NCBI GenBank assembly: GCA_041485845.1
Contig: JBGPKH010000001.1
Coordinates: 1-51,446 of the forward strand
Source: Bryobacteraceae bacterium
GTDB taxonomy: Bacteria > Acidobacteriota > Terriglobia > Bryobacterales > Bryobacteraceae
Reading direction: 5' to 3'
Length of the DNA: 51,446 bases
The position numbers were made by a program, and so were the translations under genes. Positions 25,357-33,178 of the stretch are shown here, piece by piece. The stretch's first letter is position 1, and every line of letters starts with the position of its first letter. Below the pieces are notes generated by a model, which was not told the DNA's origin, ran no database searches, and saw only the letters and a program-made list of their open reading frames with translations.

Positions 25357-26937
25357 CTACTCCGCTTCGCTCATCTTGATGATCTTGAAATCGAACTCCT
25401 GCCCCACCGAAAGCGGCGACTCCTCCGGCCCGCGCCGCCCCGAATATCCCGGCACCTCGGAGAAATGGCACAAACCTTCCACGCCTTCCGCCAGCTCCAC
25501 GAACGCGCCGAAGCTGGCCAGCCGGCACACCCGCCCGTGAACCGTATCGCCCACATGGTGATTCTGGAAGTAGCTCTCCCAGGCGTCCGGCTGGAGCTGC
25601 TTGATCCCCAGGGAAAGCCGGTGCGAGCTGGAATCGATGTTCAGAATCACCGCCTGCACAATCTGGCCCTTTTTCAGGATTTCCGAAGGATGCTTCACCC
25701 GCTTGGTCCACGACAGGTCGGAAACGTGGACCAGCCCGTCGATGCCTTCTTCGATCTCGATGAAGGCGCCGAAATCCGTCATGTTGCGCACCCGCCCTTC
25801 CACCACCGACCCCACGCTGTAGCGGCTGTCGATGGTAGTCCACGGGTTCGGTTCGAGCTGCTTCAGCCCGAGGGAAATCCGCCGGTCGCGCGGGTGTACT
25901 TCCAGAATCACGGCTTCTACCTGGTCGCCGGGCTTCACCACTTTCGACGGGTGTTTCATGCGCCGCGACCAGGTCATCTCGCTGATGTGGATCAGCCCCT
26001 CGACCCCGGCTTCCAGTTCCACGAAAGCTCCGTAGTCGGTCACGTTGACCACGCGGCCGATCACCCTGCCGTTCAGCGGATAGCGCTCCGCCACCGTCTC
26101 CCACGGGTCCGGTTCGAGCTGCTTGATGCCCAGCGAAACGCGTTCCTTCGAGCGGTCGAACTTCAGAACCTTGACCGTAATCTCCTGCCCCACGTGCAGC
26201 AGCTCCGAAGGATGCGTGACGCGCCCGTACGACAAATCGGTGACGTGCAGCAAACCGTCGATCCCGCCCAGGTCGATGAACGCGCCGTAATCGGTGAGGT
26301 TCTTCACCACGCCGGTGACCACCGCGCCCTCGGAGAGGTGCTCGAGCGTGGCGTGCTTGCGGACGTTGATCTCCTCCTCCACGGCCATCTTCCGCGAGAC
26401 CACCACATTGCCGCGCCGCCGGTTGAGCTTGATGATCTTGACCGGGATGTCCTGCCCGACCAGCGAGTCGAGATTGTGGACCGGGCGCGGGTCGGCCTGC
26501 GATCCCGGCATGAAGGCCTTGATCCCCACGTCCACCGCCAGCCCGCCTTTGACCCGCCCCAACACGTGGCCGGAAATGACCAGTTGTTCGGTGTACGCCT
26601 TTTCCAGATTGTCCCAGGTGCGCAGCCGCGCGGCCCGCGTGTGCGAGAGCAGCACATATCCTTCGGGCTGCTCGCCGTGTTCGATCATGACATCGATCAC
26701 GTCGCCCTTTTGCACGGTGATTTCGCCGGTTCGGCTCTGAAACTGCTCAATCGGGACGACGCCTTCCGATTTATAGCCGAAATCGACAATTACATCTTTC
26801 GCGGTGATACCCAGAACGGTACCCTGCAAAACTTCATCGGCGGCGGGAGGGGCGAAGTGGCTGTAATCATCGAGAAGATTCTCGTAGTTTTCGGGGACCG
26901 TCTGGTCCACTTGCCCGTTGTTAGGATCTACGGCCAT
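25357..26937 (-). CDS. rpsA: 30S ribosomal protein S1, apparently truncated by an in-frame TAG
   Basis: Six S1 repeats (e.g. GTVLGITAKDVIVDFGYKSEGVVP, GAVVTGVVKNLTDYGAFIDLGGIDGLLHVTD, GRVIGRVVNVTDYGAFVELEAGVEGLIHISE). Start placed at ATG 26937, with GGAGG 4 nt upstream. The ORF ends ...FDFKIIKMSEAE-TAG inside the last S1 domain. Confidence 0.9.
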   Translation of the reverse strand: MAVDPNNGQVDQTVPENYENLLDDYSHFAPPAADEVLQGTVLGITAKDVIVDFGYKSEGVVPIEQFQSRTGEITVQKGDVIDVMIEHGEQPEGYVLLSHTRAARLRTWDNLEKAYTEQLVISGHVLGRVKGGLAVDVGIKAFMPGSQADPRPVHNLDSLVGQDIPVKIIKLNRRRGNVVVSRKMAVEEEINVRKHATLEHLSEGAVVTGVVKNLTDYGAFIDLGGIDGLLHVTDLSYGRVTHPSELLHVGQEITVKVLKFDRSKERVSLGIKQLEPDPWETVAERYPLNGRVIGRVVNVTDYGAFVELEAGVEGLIHISEMTWSRRMKHPSKVVKPGDQVEAVILEVHPRDRRISLGLKQLEPNPWTTIDSRYSVGSVVEGRVRNMTDFGAFIEIEEGIDGLVHVSDLSWTKRVKHPSEILKKGQIVQAVILNIDSSSHRLSLGIKQLQPDAWESYFQNHHVGDTVHGRVCRLASFGAFVELAEGVEGLCHFSEVPGYSGRRGPEESPLSVGQEFDFKIIKMSEAE

Positions 26938-27101
26938 TACGCCTCCGCCAATCACTGATTCACCGATGGTCGCATGGACTGGGTATTCTGCGGCTGGCTG
27001 CAGGCAAATGGGACCGATGGCACTTCGCTATCACCGTTTCGCACGCTGGTCGAGACCATGCTCCAATTACCGACAACCACTGAGAGATCAGTATGTTAGC
27101 A

Positions 27102-27131
27102 AATATACGCCGACTCGTCCGACCTTGTCAA
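27102..27131 (-). promoter_or_regulatory. Sigma-70-type promoter candidate for rpsA (TTGACA-18-TATATT)
   Basis: The minus strand reads TTGACA aggtcggacgagtcggcg TATATT, about 165 nt upstream of the rpsA ATG. An 8-bp-stem hairpin (ccctttcc-cgc-ggaaaggg, 27134-27152) lies just upstream. Confidence 0.45.
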
Positions 27132-27232
27132 CGGCCCCTTTCCCGCGGAAAGGGCGAATTTGACCCTGCACCCCGCAGCCGCGGTTGGGAGCGAGTTGCT
27201 CCGCGGGCGTATGAGGGCGTACGATTTTGTAC

Positions 27233-27261
27233 TTGGAACTTTCCCGGATCGGGGATACAAT
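27233..27261 (+). promoter_or_regulatory. Sigma-70-type promoter candidate (TTGGAA-17-TACAAT) for the small membrane protein gene
   Basis: Hexamers with 17-nt spacing about 65 nt upstream of ATG 27326. Confidence 0.35.
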
Positions 27262-27325
27262 CGGGCTGCAAGGGTGCTCGTCGGACCGGGTATCGGTGTT
27301 TCATACCGGCCTTTTAGGAGGTTCC

Positions 27326-27472
27326 ATGTTCGACAGCCTCGCAGATCGGATCCGGGAGGACGAGCACAAAGAGGTGAAACCTACCGAGCGGGTCATCCGC
27401 TGGGTAGCCATCGTGGTGATATCGGTCGCGCTGTTCGGAGGCCTTTACTACGGCGTTCGCATGTTGGGTTAG
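27326..27472 (+). CDS. 48-aa small membrane protein
   Basis: TAGGAGG RBS 5 nt upstream of the ATG. MFDSLADRIREDEHKEVKPTERVIRWVAIVVISVALFGGLYYGVRMLG has one TM helix. It is the internal start of ORF-track entry 27227-27472. Confidence 0.5.
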   Translation: MFDSLADRIREDEHKEVKPTERVIRWVAIVVISVALFGGLYYGVRMLG

Positions 27473-27517
27473 ACCCCGGCCGGGACGGACGTTCCGGGTT
27501 CTCGGGCTCCGGGCCGG

Positions 27518-27994
27518 TCATTCCGACGGTGCAATCCGCCGCATGACGGATTTGACTTTCGCCACGTACTCCGCCTTGGGGTTGTACGTGATGAGAAGCT
27601 CGTCCAGGCCCTTGTCTTTATAACGCCCGGAGTGGGCCAGGCGATATCCAACGGTGTGAATCCCGGCCTCCGGGGTGGCGAACTCCGCCCGCCCCGAGTT
27701 CCAACCGAAGAGATTATTGTTGGGCGCGGACTTGCCCCCCGTCGATTCCACATAGGATATGCTTGGCAGAAGCCGCCAGTCGAGATTGTAATCGTCGGCG
27801 GCTTCCAGAAACACGTGGGCGTACTCCCAGGCCGGGCATTGGAACTTCTCAAAGAACCTGCGCAGTGAATGGAACCGGGGATCCTCGCGATAGTCGGGAG
27901 CGGGGACACGTTGCCCCGCGGTCCCCGCTGGACCCGACGGTAGGGACGCCATTCCCGCAACCATAACTAAACCACTGGAAAACAATTTACGCAT
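27518..27994 (-). CDS. Secreted protein with glucosaminidase-like (muramidase/FlgJ-type) region
   Basis: AAGGAG RBS. Start at MRKLFSSGLVMVAGMASL (signal peptide). LLPSISYVESTGGKSAPNNNLFGWNSGRAEFATPEAGIHTV resembles the PF01832-type motif (..E.g.G.S.....nNlFG......f.s...). Confidence 0.6.
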   Translation of the reverse strand: MRKLFSSGLVMVAGMASLPSGPAGTAGQRVPAPDYREDPRFHSLRRFFEKFQCPAWEYAHVFLEAADDYNLDWRLLPSISYVESTGGKSAPNNNLFGWNSGRAEFATPEAGIHTVGYRLAHSGRYKDKGLDELLITYNPKAEYVAKVKSVMRRIAPSE

Positions 27995-28276
27995 CCTGGC
28001 AAACTCCTTATTCTTAGGATCTGAGCTGCTCTGGGATCTCACCTGCCGGTGATCGCAGCCGAAGGGTCGGAGTGGCACTCGCTTCCGTGCCTGTGTAGGT
28101 GGCTATGGAACCGGCATAAGTCGGGATTATACCACTATCCAGCCGCTCGATTTCCAGCACCGGTCTTTTTCCTTACAGAATGATCCCGAATCGCACGAAG
28201 GTTTTGCAGGATGAGCGCCTGCCACTCGGGCCGGCGGCGGACGAGAGGCGGTGGTGAAGTTCGCGGCTATTTCGAA

Positions 28277-28845
28277 TCACGGGAAGTCGACCTGAAAGAG
28301 GTGACGGAGGCAGTGCAGACACTGAAAGACGTAGGCCGTGGGGCCATGGTCGCGATGCAGGGACTCGGCGAGCAGCGAGGCGCGGCGGCCCTGGTATTGC
28401 ATGTCTTCCATTCATGTAGGTCATCAGCGGCCCGAGGAGATCCACCGGCGCATGATTTCCATGTAGCCGAATGGGCCGAGGTAGGCTGCGGCGTCGTTGC
28501 AGCAGGCGGGCCATTCCTCGGCCTGCCAGGAGGGATACCCTGGAGTGCGTTCGACGAGTTGCGCGGCGACGGTCTCGGGCACGTCGTCGGGGATGCCATT
28601 AGCGGCGATGAATTCCGTCTGGATCTCTTTATGAGCCGAGCCGTCGGCGGTGCACGGGGGCAGAGGCTTTCCTCGTCGATGTCCTCCTCGGTGTAGGGCG
28701 CGAGGGTGTATGTAGCCCCGGCTGCGCCGGCAGCAACGGCACTCCTTGCCGGAGAGGGCGACGCTGCCGGGGCCAGGCTGGGAGCACATCAACCTGACCG
28801 GCGGCTATATCTGGCGGTAGAGCCGCAAACTTGCGCAGGGGAAAT
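28277..28845 (-). pseudogene. Decayed CbrC/UPF0167-family gene (at least 4 frameshifts and one internal stop)
   Basis: Family-typical pieces are found in different frames on the minus strand: PPDIAAGQV; SGKECRCCRRSRGYI; YTEEDIDEESLCP; CTADGSAHKEIQTEFIAANGIPDDVPETVAAQLVERTPGYPSWQAEEWPACCNDAAAYLG; and MEDMQYQGRRASLLAESLHRDHGPTAYVFQCLHCLRHLFQVDFP*. Confidence 0.6.
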
Positions 28846-28900
28846 TCAGCCGGTTGCAGCCGCTGACAACCTTTAGCGTACGCCCCCCCCGCGCCGCGCT

Positions 28901-31036
28901 TTACAGCGCAGCGGCCAACTGTTTCAACAGTGCGGCTTGGGCCGGCGTCAAGGGGTTGCCTGTTTTCGCGTCAACCTGGTTGTTGAAGGCTCCGAGAGCG
29001 CCGTTCTTGGCATTGGCATTCGGGGCGCTCACGATAGCGTTCACTTTGGCAATAAGTCCGCTTGCGTCGTTGCTGCCCAGGAACTGAGTAATCAGATTGG
29101 CGAGGCTCGCGGGGGTCACGATGACGGTGAAACTTACCGAGCCAATGCCGGTGTTGCCCGCCACGTCGGTCGCGCTGGCTGACCGGCTGGTGGCGCCTAG
29201 TCCGAAGCTCCAAGCCGGTCCGGTGATATTCGCGCAGGTCGACGCGGATATACCCGAGAGTGCGTCATAGGCGGCGCAGGTGATGTTGATCGTCTGGTCG
29301 ACGGTGTAGGTGCCTCGATTGCCCGTGTAGGTGACTACGGGCGCGGTCGTGTCTATGTTGATGCCCGAAATGCTCACGCTCGCCGAGCGGCCGGCTCTGT
29401 CGATGGTAATGCCCGACACCGACTGCCCAGCCCCCTGCCCGAGGATGCTAGAAGCTGGACAGGTTGCTACGCCAGAAATGGCGTCCGCACAGTTGAAGCT
29501 CACAGTGACGGCGGCGTTCCACCAGCCGTTGGCGTTGGCCGGCCGGTCCGTCTGCGCGCGTATCGTTGGATTGGTCAGGTCAACCAGCAGCCCGGAAGCG
29601 GAGTCATGGCGGACGTTGCCCGCGTTGTCGGTTGCTGTCCCGGCCACTGTCTGTGCGAAGGGGCTCTCGCCTAACGTTATGGAGGCACTGCCCCGTCCAT
29701 CCACCAGACAGCTCGCCAGACCCGAGCCGGCGTCCGAGCACGAGAATGTCACCGTTGGGGCGCTGGCATACCAGCCGTTCGAACCATCCGGCGACGGACT
29801 GACCACATGCCCGATCCCGGGGGGTGTTGCGTCCCGCTTGAATTCCAACGACCCAATCGTGGCCCCGCCCTCGCTTACCGCCACACACTTCATTATCGTC
29901 GAGGCGGTGTCGGTGACGATCGTCGTCGGCCCACAGCCCACCTGCGCCGAGATCGGGGACCCCAGGTCGACCACGCTCCAGTTGACGGTCAGGTCGCTCA
30001 CGTACCAGCCGTTTCTGCCGAGCGTGCCCGTAATCGTAGGTGTGATCACTGGCGGTGTCGTGTCGACGACAGTAACGCAGCCGTTGGCCAAGTTTGACCA
30101 ATAGGTCTCGACGAGGAGGCCGTTGGGGAGCCGAACTGGAGCCGTCGGGATTCCGTCCGGGGCACTAGCGTCGGGCTGACAGACATCGGCCGCTTCACCC
30201 GTATTCATCCATTTCCTAAGATCGCTGCTGTTGGCGTTGTCGATCCAACCGGTCGGCGGAAATGGGTCGGTCGCGGCCTCGAGGAGCTCGTGGGAAAAGA
30301 GTTGGGTGACAAAATCCAGCGTTGCTGCGGGGCTTCCTCCCCCTGCCCTGACCGCGCACTCTGCCGGGATCACGATGTACGGGTATCCCACGATCTTGAA
30401 GCCTGAGAGGATGCCTAACGCGATCAACGCAGGGTCGGGAACCGTTAACGCCGACCACCCGTGAAACGCTGCCGTTGGGAAGCAGGTTGCCCCGATTGCG
30501 CCAGTAATCGTCACACCCTCGGGCAGGAACACCGCGTAGATGGTGTTGTCGTCGGGGACCGGAACTCCGGTGGCGATAGAAGATTGCACTTCGCAGGTTA
30601 TCCAACCTTGGAAGCTGGAAAAATCGGTTGCACCGCTCGGCCGCATGGTTTGACACACCGTTGAAGACTCATGCTCACTATGGAAGTATCCTCTGGAAAC
30701 ACCGTACTGGTTCGCCTTGTCGAGGTAGTCGCTTGCCGTCATGAGCTGGACGAAGCCGTTGATTGTTGCGCGGCTGGGCGAGGACGGATTATTCGAATTC
30801 CAGTCGTTGTCCCAAAAGAGGTTCACGATGTGTGGCTGCGGCACGACCCGACCGCCGATGTGCACCGGCGGGAGACACAATGGCGGCAGGCATAGCAGGG
30901 ACGTGAATACCACCGTCAGGGCGACTTCGTGGCCAGGGGACCGATTGTCGGTGAGGTGAATCGGGGGGCGGTCCTGCGCCGGCGCCGTGGCGCAAAAAGC
31001 GCCAAGTAGAATTGTCAAACAGAACTTAATGAACAT
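28901..31036 (-). CDS. Large secreted protein: novel N-terminal domain (about 330 aa, contains HELLEAATDP) plus four Ig-like repeats and a helical tail
   Basis: 711 aa with signal peptide MFIKFCLTILLGAFCATAPAQ. Repeats are marked by TTPPVI/ATPPGI/TNPTI/TTAPVV followed by NGWY/NGWW ... DxxSG(L/V/I), as in Ig-like surface repeats. The C-terminal Ala/Asn-rich helix ends ...LTPAQAALLKQLAAAL. Confidence 0.8.
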   Translation of the reverse strand: MFIKFCLTILLGAFCATAPAQDRPPIHLTDNRSPGHEVALTVVFTSLLCLPPLCLPPVHIGGRVVPQPHIVNLFWDNDWNSNNPSSPSRATINGFVQLMTASDYLDKANQYGVSRGYFHSEHESSTVCQTMRPSGATDFSSFQGWITCEVQSSIATGVPVPDDNTIYAVFLPEGVTITGAIGATCFPTAAFHGWSALTVPDPALIALGILSGFKIVGYPYIVIPAECAVRAGGGSPAATLDFVTQLFSHELLEAATDPFPPTGWIDNANSSDLRKWMNTGEAADVCQPDASAPDGIPTAPVRLPNGLLVETYWSNLANGCVTVVDTTPPVITPTITGTLGRNGWYVSDLTVNWSVVDLGSPISAQVGCGPTTIVTDTASTIMKCVAVSEGGATIGSLEFKRDATPPGIGHVVSPSPDGSNGWYASAPTVTFSCSDAGSGLASCLVDGRGSASITLGESPFAQTVAGTATDNAGNVRHDSASGLLVDLTNPTIRAQTDRPANANGWWNAAVTVSFNCADAISGVATCPASSILGQGAGQSVSGITIDRAGRSASVSISGINIDTTAPVVTYTGNRGTYTVDQTINITCAAYDALSGISASTCANITGPAWSFGLGATSRSASATDVAGNTGIGSVSFTVIVTPASLANLITQFLGSNDASGLIAKVNAIVSAPNANAKNGALGAFNNQVDAKTGNPLTPAQAALLKQLAAAL

Positions 31037-31151
31037 TTTTCAGTTTCCCCTTCCAAATCGCCCAAAACGAATCGTGGCCACAAACCTTAAGTCATCTGCC
31101 ATGTAAGCCTCCAGGCGGGATGACCAGCTCAGTTTCTCTGTTTCGGGCCTG

Positions 31152-31180
31152 ATTATATGCATATTCCCCTGAATATGCAA
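31152..31180 (-). promoter_or_regulatory. Near-consensus sigma-70 promoter (TTGCAT-17-TATAAT) with a perfect 8-bp inverted repeat inside the spacer
   Basis: The minus strand reads TTGCAT attcaggggaatatgca TATAAT. The dyad GCATATTC-aggg-GAATATGC (31159-31178) overlaps the -35/spacer. It lies about 115 nt upstream of the ATG (31036) of the large secreted protein. Confidence 0.55.
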
Positions 31181-31190
31181 CTGAAATTGC

Positions 31191-31250
31191 GCGGCGTGAG
31201 CGGCGTGCGCGGCGTGCGCGGTGTTTCGAGGCGTTTCGTGGCGTTCGAGA
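31191..31250. repeat. Two short tandem direct-repeat arrays with helical-turn periodicity, just upstream of the -35 box
   Basis: gcggcgtg[a/c] x3 plus a partial copy (31191-31223), then tttcg[a/t]ggcg x2 plus a partial copy (31224-31250). Units are 9-10 bp. Confidence 0.7.
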
Positions 31251-31324
31251 CGATCGCGGAAATGGCTGCCCGATCCAAATGGCTTGTTCACTTCAGTGGC
31301 CGCTTGTAACATTTGATAAGCGAG

Positions 31325-31690
31325 ATGATGTTGTTGAGTATGCTTCTTCATCTCTTCCTCCTGTGGCTGGCTGCATGGGAATCGGACCAGCCGTGCAAGG
31401 CCCATCGCGGCCTGGCCGGCAAGTGCTTCGTGGTGCATGGCCGGCTTCGCGCCTATAACGGCAATCCGACATATCGAATCTGGAGAATCGGCGCGCGCCA
31501 GATCCTGGGCGTGACCGGCGCGCATCCCGGCGAAGAGCCCATCTTGCCGGCCGGCATCGCGTGCGGATTCGATTGCGATGTGTACGCCGATTTCGAAGTC
31601 TGCCCGTTCACGCCGGAGAAGCCCGGCGTGATGCAGTGGGTGTGCGTGGAATCGGCCGCGAACCGCAAAGTGACGCGTTCAGACCGCTGA
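31325..31690 (+). CDS. Hypothetical secreted Cys-containing protein
   Basis: MMLLSMLLHLFLLWLAAW (signal-like), then ...GKCFVVHGRLRAYNGNPTYRIWRIGARQILGV...DFEVCPFTPEKPGVMQWVCVESA. Good GC3. Divergent from the large secreted protein gene. Confidence 0.5.
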   Translation: MMLLSMLLHLFLLWLAAWESDQPCKAHRGLAGKCFVVHGRLRAYNGNPTYRIWRIGARQILGVTGAHPGEEPILPAGIACGFDCDVYADFEVCPFTPEKPGVMQWVCVESAANRKVTRSDR

Positions 31691-32032
31691 AGGGATGCGC
31701 TTCCGCTGGGGCCCGGCATCCAGCGGATGGGCTCCCATCCGGGCGTCGTGGTGCATGGTGCAGACCAGACCGCGCTCGATGCCGTCGTGGGCGCCGCGGT
31801 GGTTGTGGATCCGGACGCAGGGGTCGAGGGTCAGACTCTGCATGAGGCGTTGGCAGTCGAGCACCGCGTCGAAATAGGCCCAGAGGTGACAGTTGCCGGA
31901 CCACGGCCGGCAGTCGGTGAGGCGCTCGGGCGATTCCGCGGGGGCGTGGCGGAGGGCCTGTTCCATTAGCGGCATGGCGGTGCCGTACTGGCGCTGGTTT
32001 AACAGGCGCGCGAATTCGTTGGTCGGGCTCAT
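31679..32032 (-). CDS. Hypothetical protein (117 aa, His/Cys-rich)
   Basis: Start placed at MSPTNEFARLLNQRQYG. ...CRPWSGNCHLWAYFDAVLDCQRL...DPCVRIHNHRGAHDGIERGLVCTMHHDA. No family recognised. Overlaps the convergent upstream gene by 12 nt. Confidence 0.45.
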   Translation of the reverse strand: MSPTNEFARLLNQRQYGTAMPLMEQALRHAPAESPERLTDCRPWSGNCHLWAYFDAVLDCQRLMQSLTLDPCVRIHNHRGAHDGIERGLVCTMHHDARMGAHPLDAGPQRKRIPSAV

Positions 32033-32087
32033 GAGGTCGCTCTGATAATGGTAACCCCGCGGCGATTCCGTACATCCTCTTAACCAA

Positions 32088-33131
32088 ATGGGATGTGAAG
32101 GAATTTCCCGGCGGCGACTGATCACCGCGCTTTCCGCGTTCCCGGCGGCTCGGTTCCTGCGCGGCCAACAGGATCGGCAGAGCCCCACATTCTCCGCGGG
32201 CGTCAAGGTGGTAAACCTGTTCGCCACCGTGCGCGACAAGAAGGGGCAGATTGTCCGCGACTTGAACAAGGAGGACTTCCTGCTGGACGAAGACGACCGT
32301 CCGCAGTCGATTCAGTATTTCGCCCGGGAGAACAACCTTCCCCTGACGCTCGGTTTGCTGGTGGACACCAGTGGCAGCACGCGGCGTGTTTTGCCCGACG
32401 AGAGGAGCGCCAGCTACCGCTTCCTGGAACAAGTATTACGCCAAGACAAAGACCTCGCGTTTCTCATTCACTTTGACTTCGAAGTAGAACTTCTGCAAGA
32501 TCTTACAGGATCGCGAAAGAGCCTGGAAAAAGCCCTGGACCTACTCGAAACCGGACAGGGGCAGCGGCGGCTGGCGAATCGCGGGCAGAATCCGTATCCC
32601 TACCCTGGGGGAAGAGGGCCCGGCGGGAGGGGCCCCCGTGGTGGCGGCAGGCGCGGCGGAGGCGGCACCACGATGTACGACGCGGTGATGCTGGCGTCGG
32701 ACGAATTGATGAAGAAGCAGACCGGCCGCAAGGCGCTGATCCTGCTGACCGATGGGGTGGACAACGGCAGCAAGGTGACCTTGTCCACCGCGGTCGAAGC
32801 CGCGCAGAGGGCCGACACGCTGGTCTACTCGATTCTTTTCGAGGACCCCGAAGGCGGATTCGGCGGAGGATGGGGCCGGCTGAATCAGCCGGACGGCAGG
32901 AAGGTTCTGGGGCAGATCGCGCGCGAGACCGGAGGGCGTTTCTTCGAGGTCTCGCGGAAACAGCCGATCGACAAGGTTTTTGCGGCGATCGAAGAGGATC
33001 TGCGCAACCAGTACAGCCTGGGCTATTCGCCGGACAGGCCGGAGCGGGCGGGCGGCTATCGGCGCATTCATCTGACGACGAAGCAGAAGGGGCTGCTCGT
33101 GCAGACCCGCGAGGGTTATTACCCGGCGTGA
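32088..33131 (+). CDS. Secreted VWA-domain protein (TIGR03436-like), paralogue of 5944-6927
   Basis: Same architecture as the other copy: FSAGVKVVNLFATVRDKKGQIVRDLNKEDFLLDEDDRPQSIQYF, LLVDTSGS, LILLTDGVDNGS, YRRIHLTTK...TREGYYPA. It also has an inserted Gly/Arg tract PGGRGPGGRGPRGGGRRGGGG. Confidence 0.85.
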   Translation: MGCEGISRRRLITALSAFPAARFLRGQQDRQSPTFSAGVKVVNLFATVRDKKGQIVRDLNKEDFLLDEDDRPQSIQYFARENNLPLTLGLLVDTSGSTRRVLPDERSASYRFLEQVLRQDKDLAFLIHFDFEVELLQDLTGSRKSLEKALDLLETGQGQRRLANRGQNPYPYPGGRGPGGRGPRGGGRRGGGGTTMYDAVMLASDELMKKQTGRKALILLTDGVDNGSKVTLSTAVEAAQRADTLVYSILFEDPEGGFGGGWGRLNQPDGRKVLGQIARETGGRFFEVSRKQPIDKVFAAIEEDLRNQYSLGYSPDRPERAGGYRRIHLTTKQKGLLVQTREGYYPA

Positions 33132-33138
33132 CAGGTGG

Positions 33139-33166
33139 GACAGACGATCGCCTTTTGTCGTCTGTC
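33139..33166. terminator. Hairpin between convergent genes (gacagacga-10 nt-tcgtctgtc)
   Basis: 9-bp stem in the 47-bp gap between the VWA stop (33131) and the oxidoreductase stop (33179). The loop contains tttt. Confidence 0.45.
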
Positions 33167-33178
33167 ACCCGTCGGCTT

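Noticed and set aside
28073-28078. TGGCAC hexamers (here and at 49324-49329) as possible sigma-54 -24 elements for the NtrC-type regulator.
   Set aside because: Neither is followed by a TTGC-like -12 element at the correct spacing, and neither is positioned in front of a suitable gene.
31040-31351. A 103-codon minus-strand ORF (MKKHTQQHHLAYQ...HAAHAAHAAQ...) with an AGGAGG 6 nt upstream, ending 4 nt before the large secreted-protein gene.
   Set aside because: Its codons are A/T-ending, unlike every confident gene here. The HAAHAAHAA part is simply the 9-bp DNA repeat array. The near-consensus promoter for the downstream gene lies inside it. More likely it is a non-coding control region.
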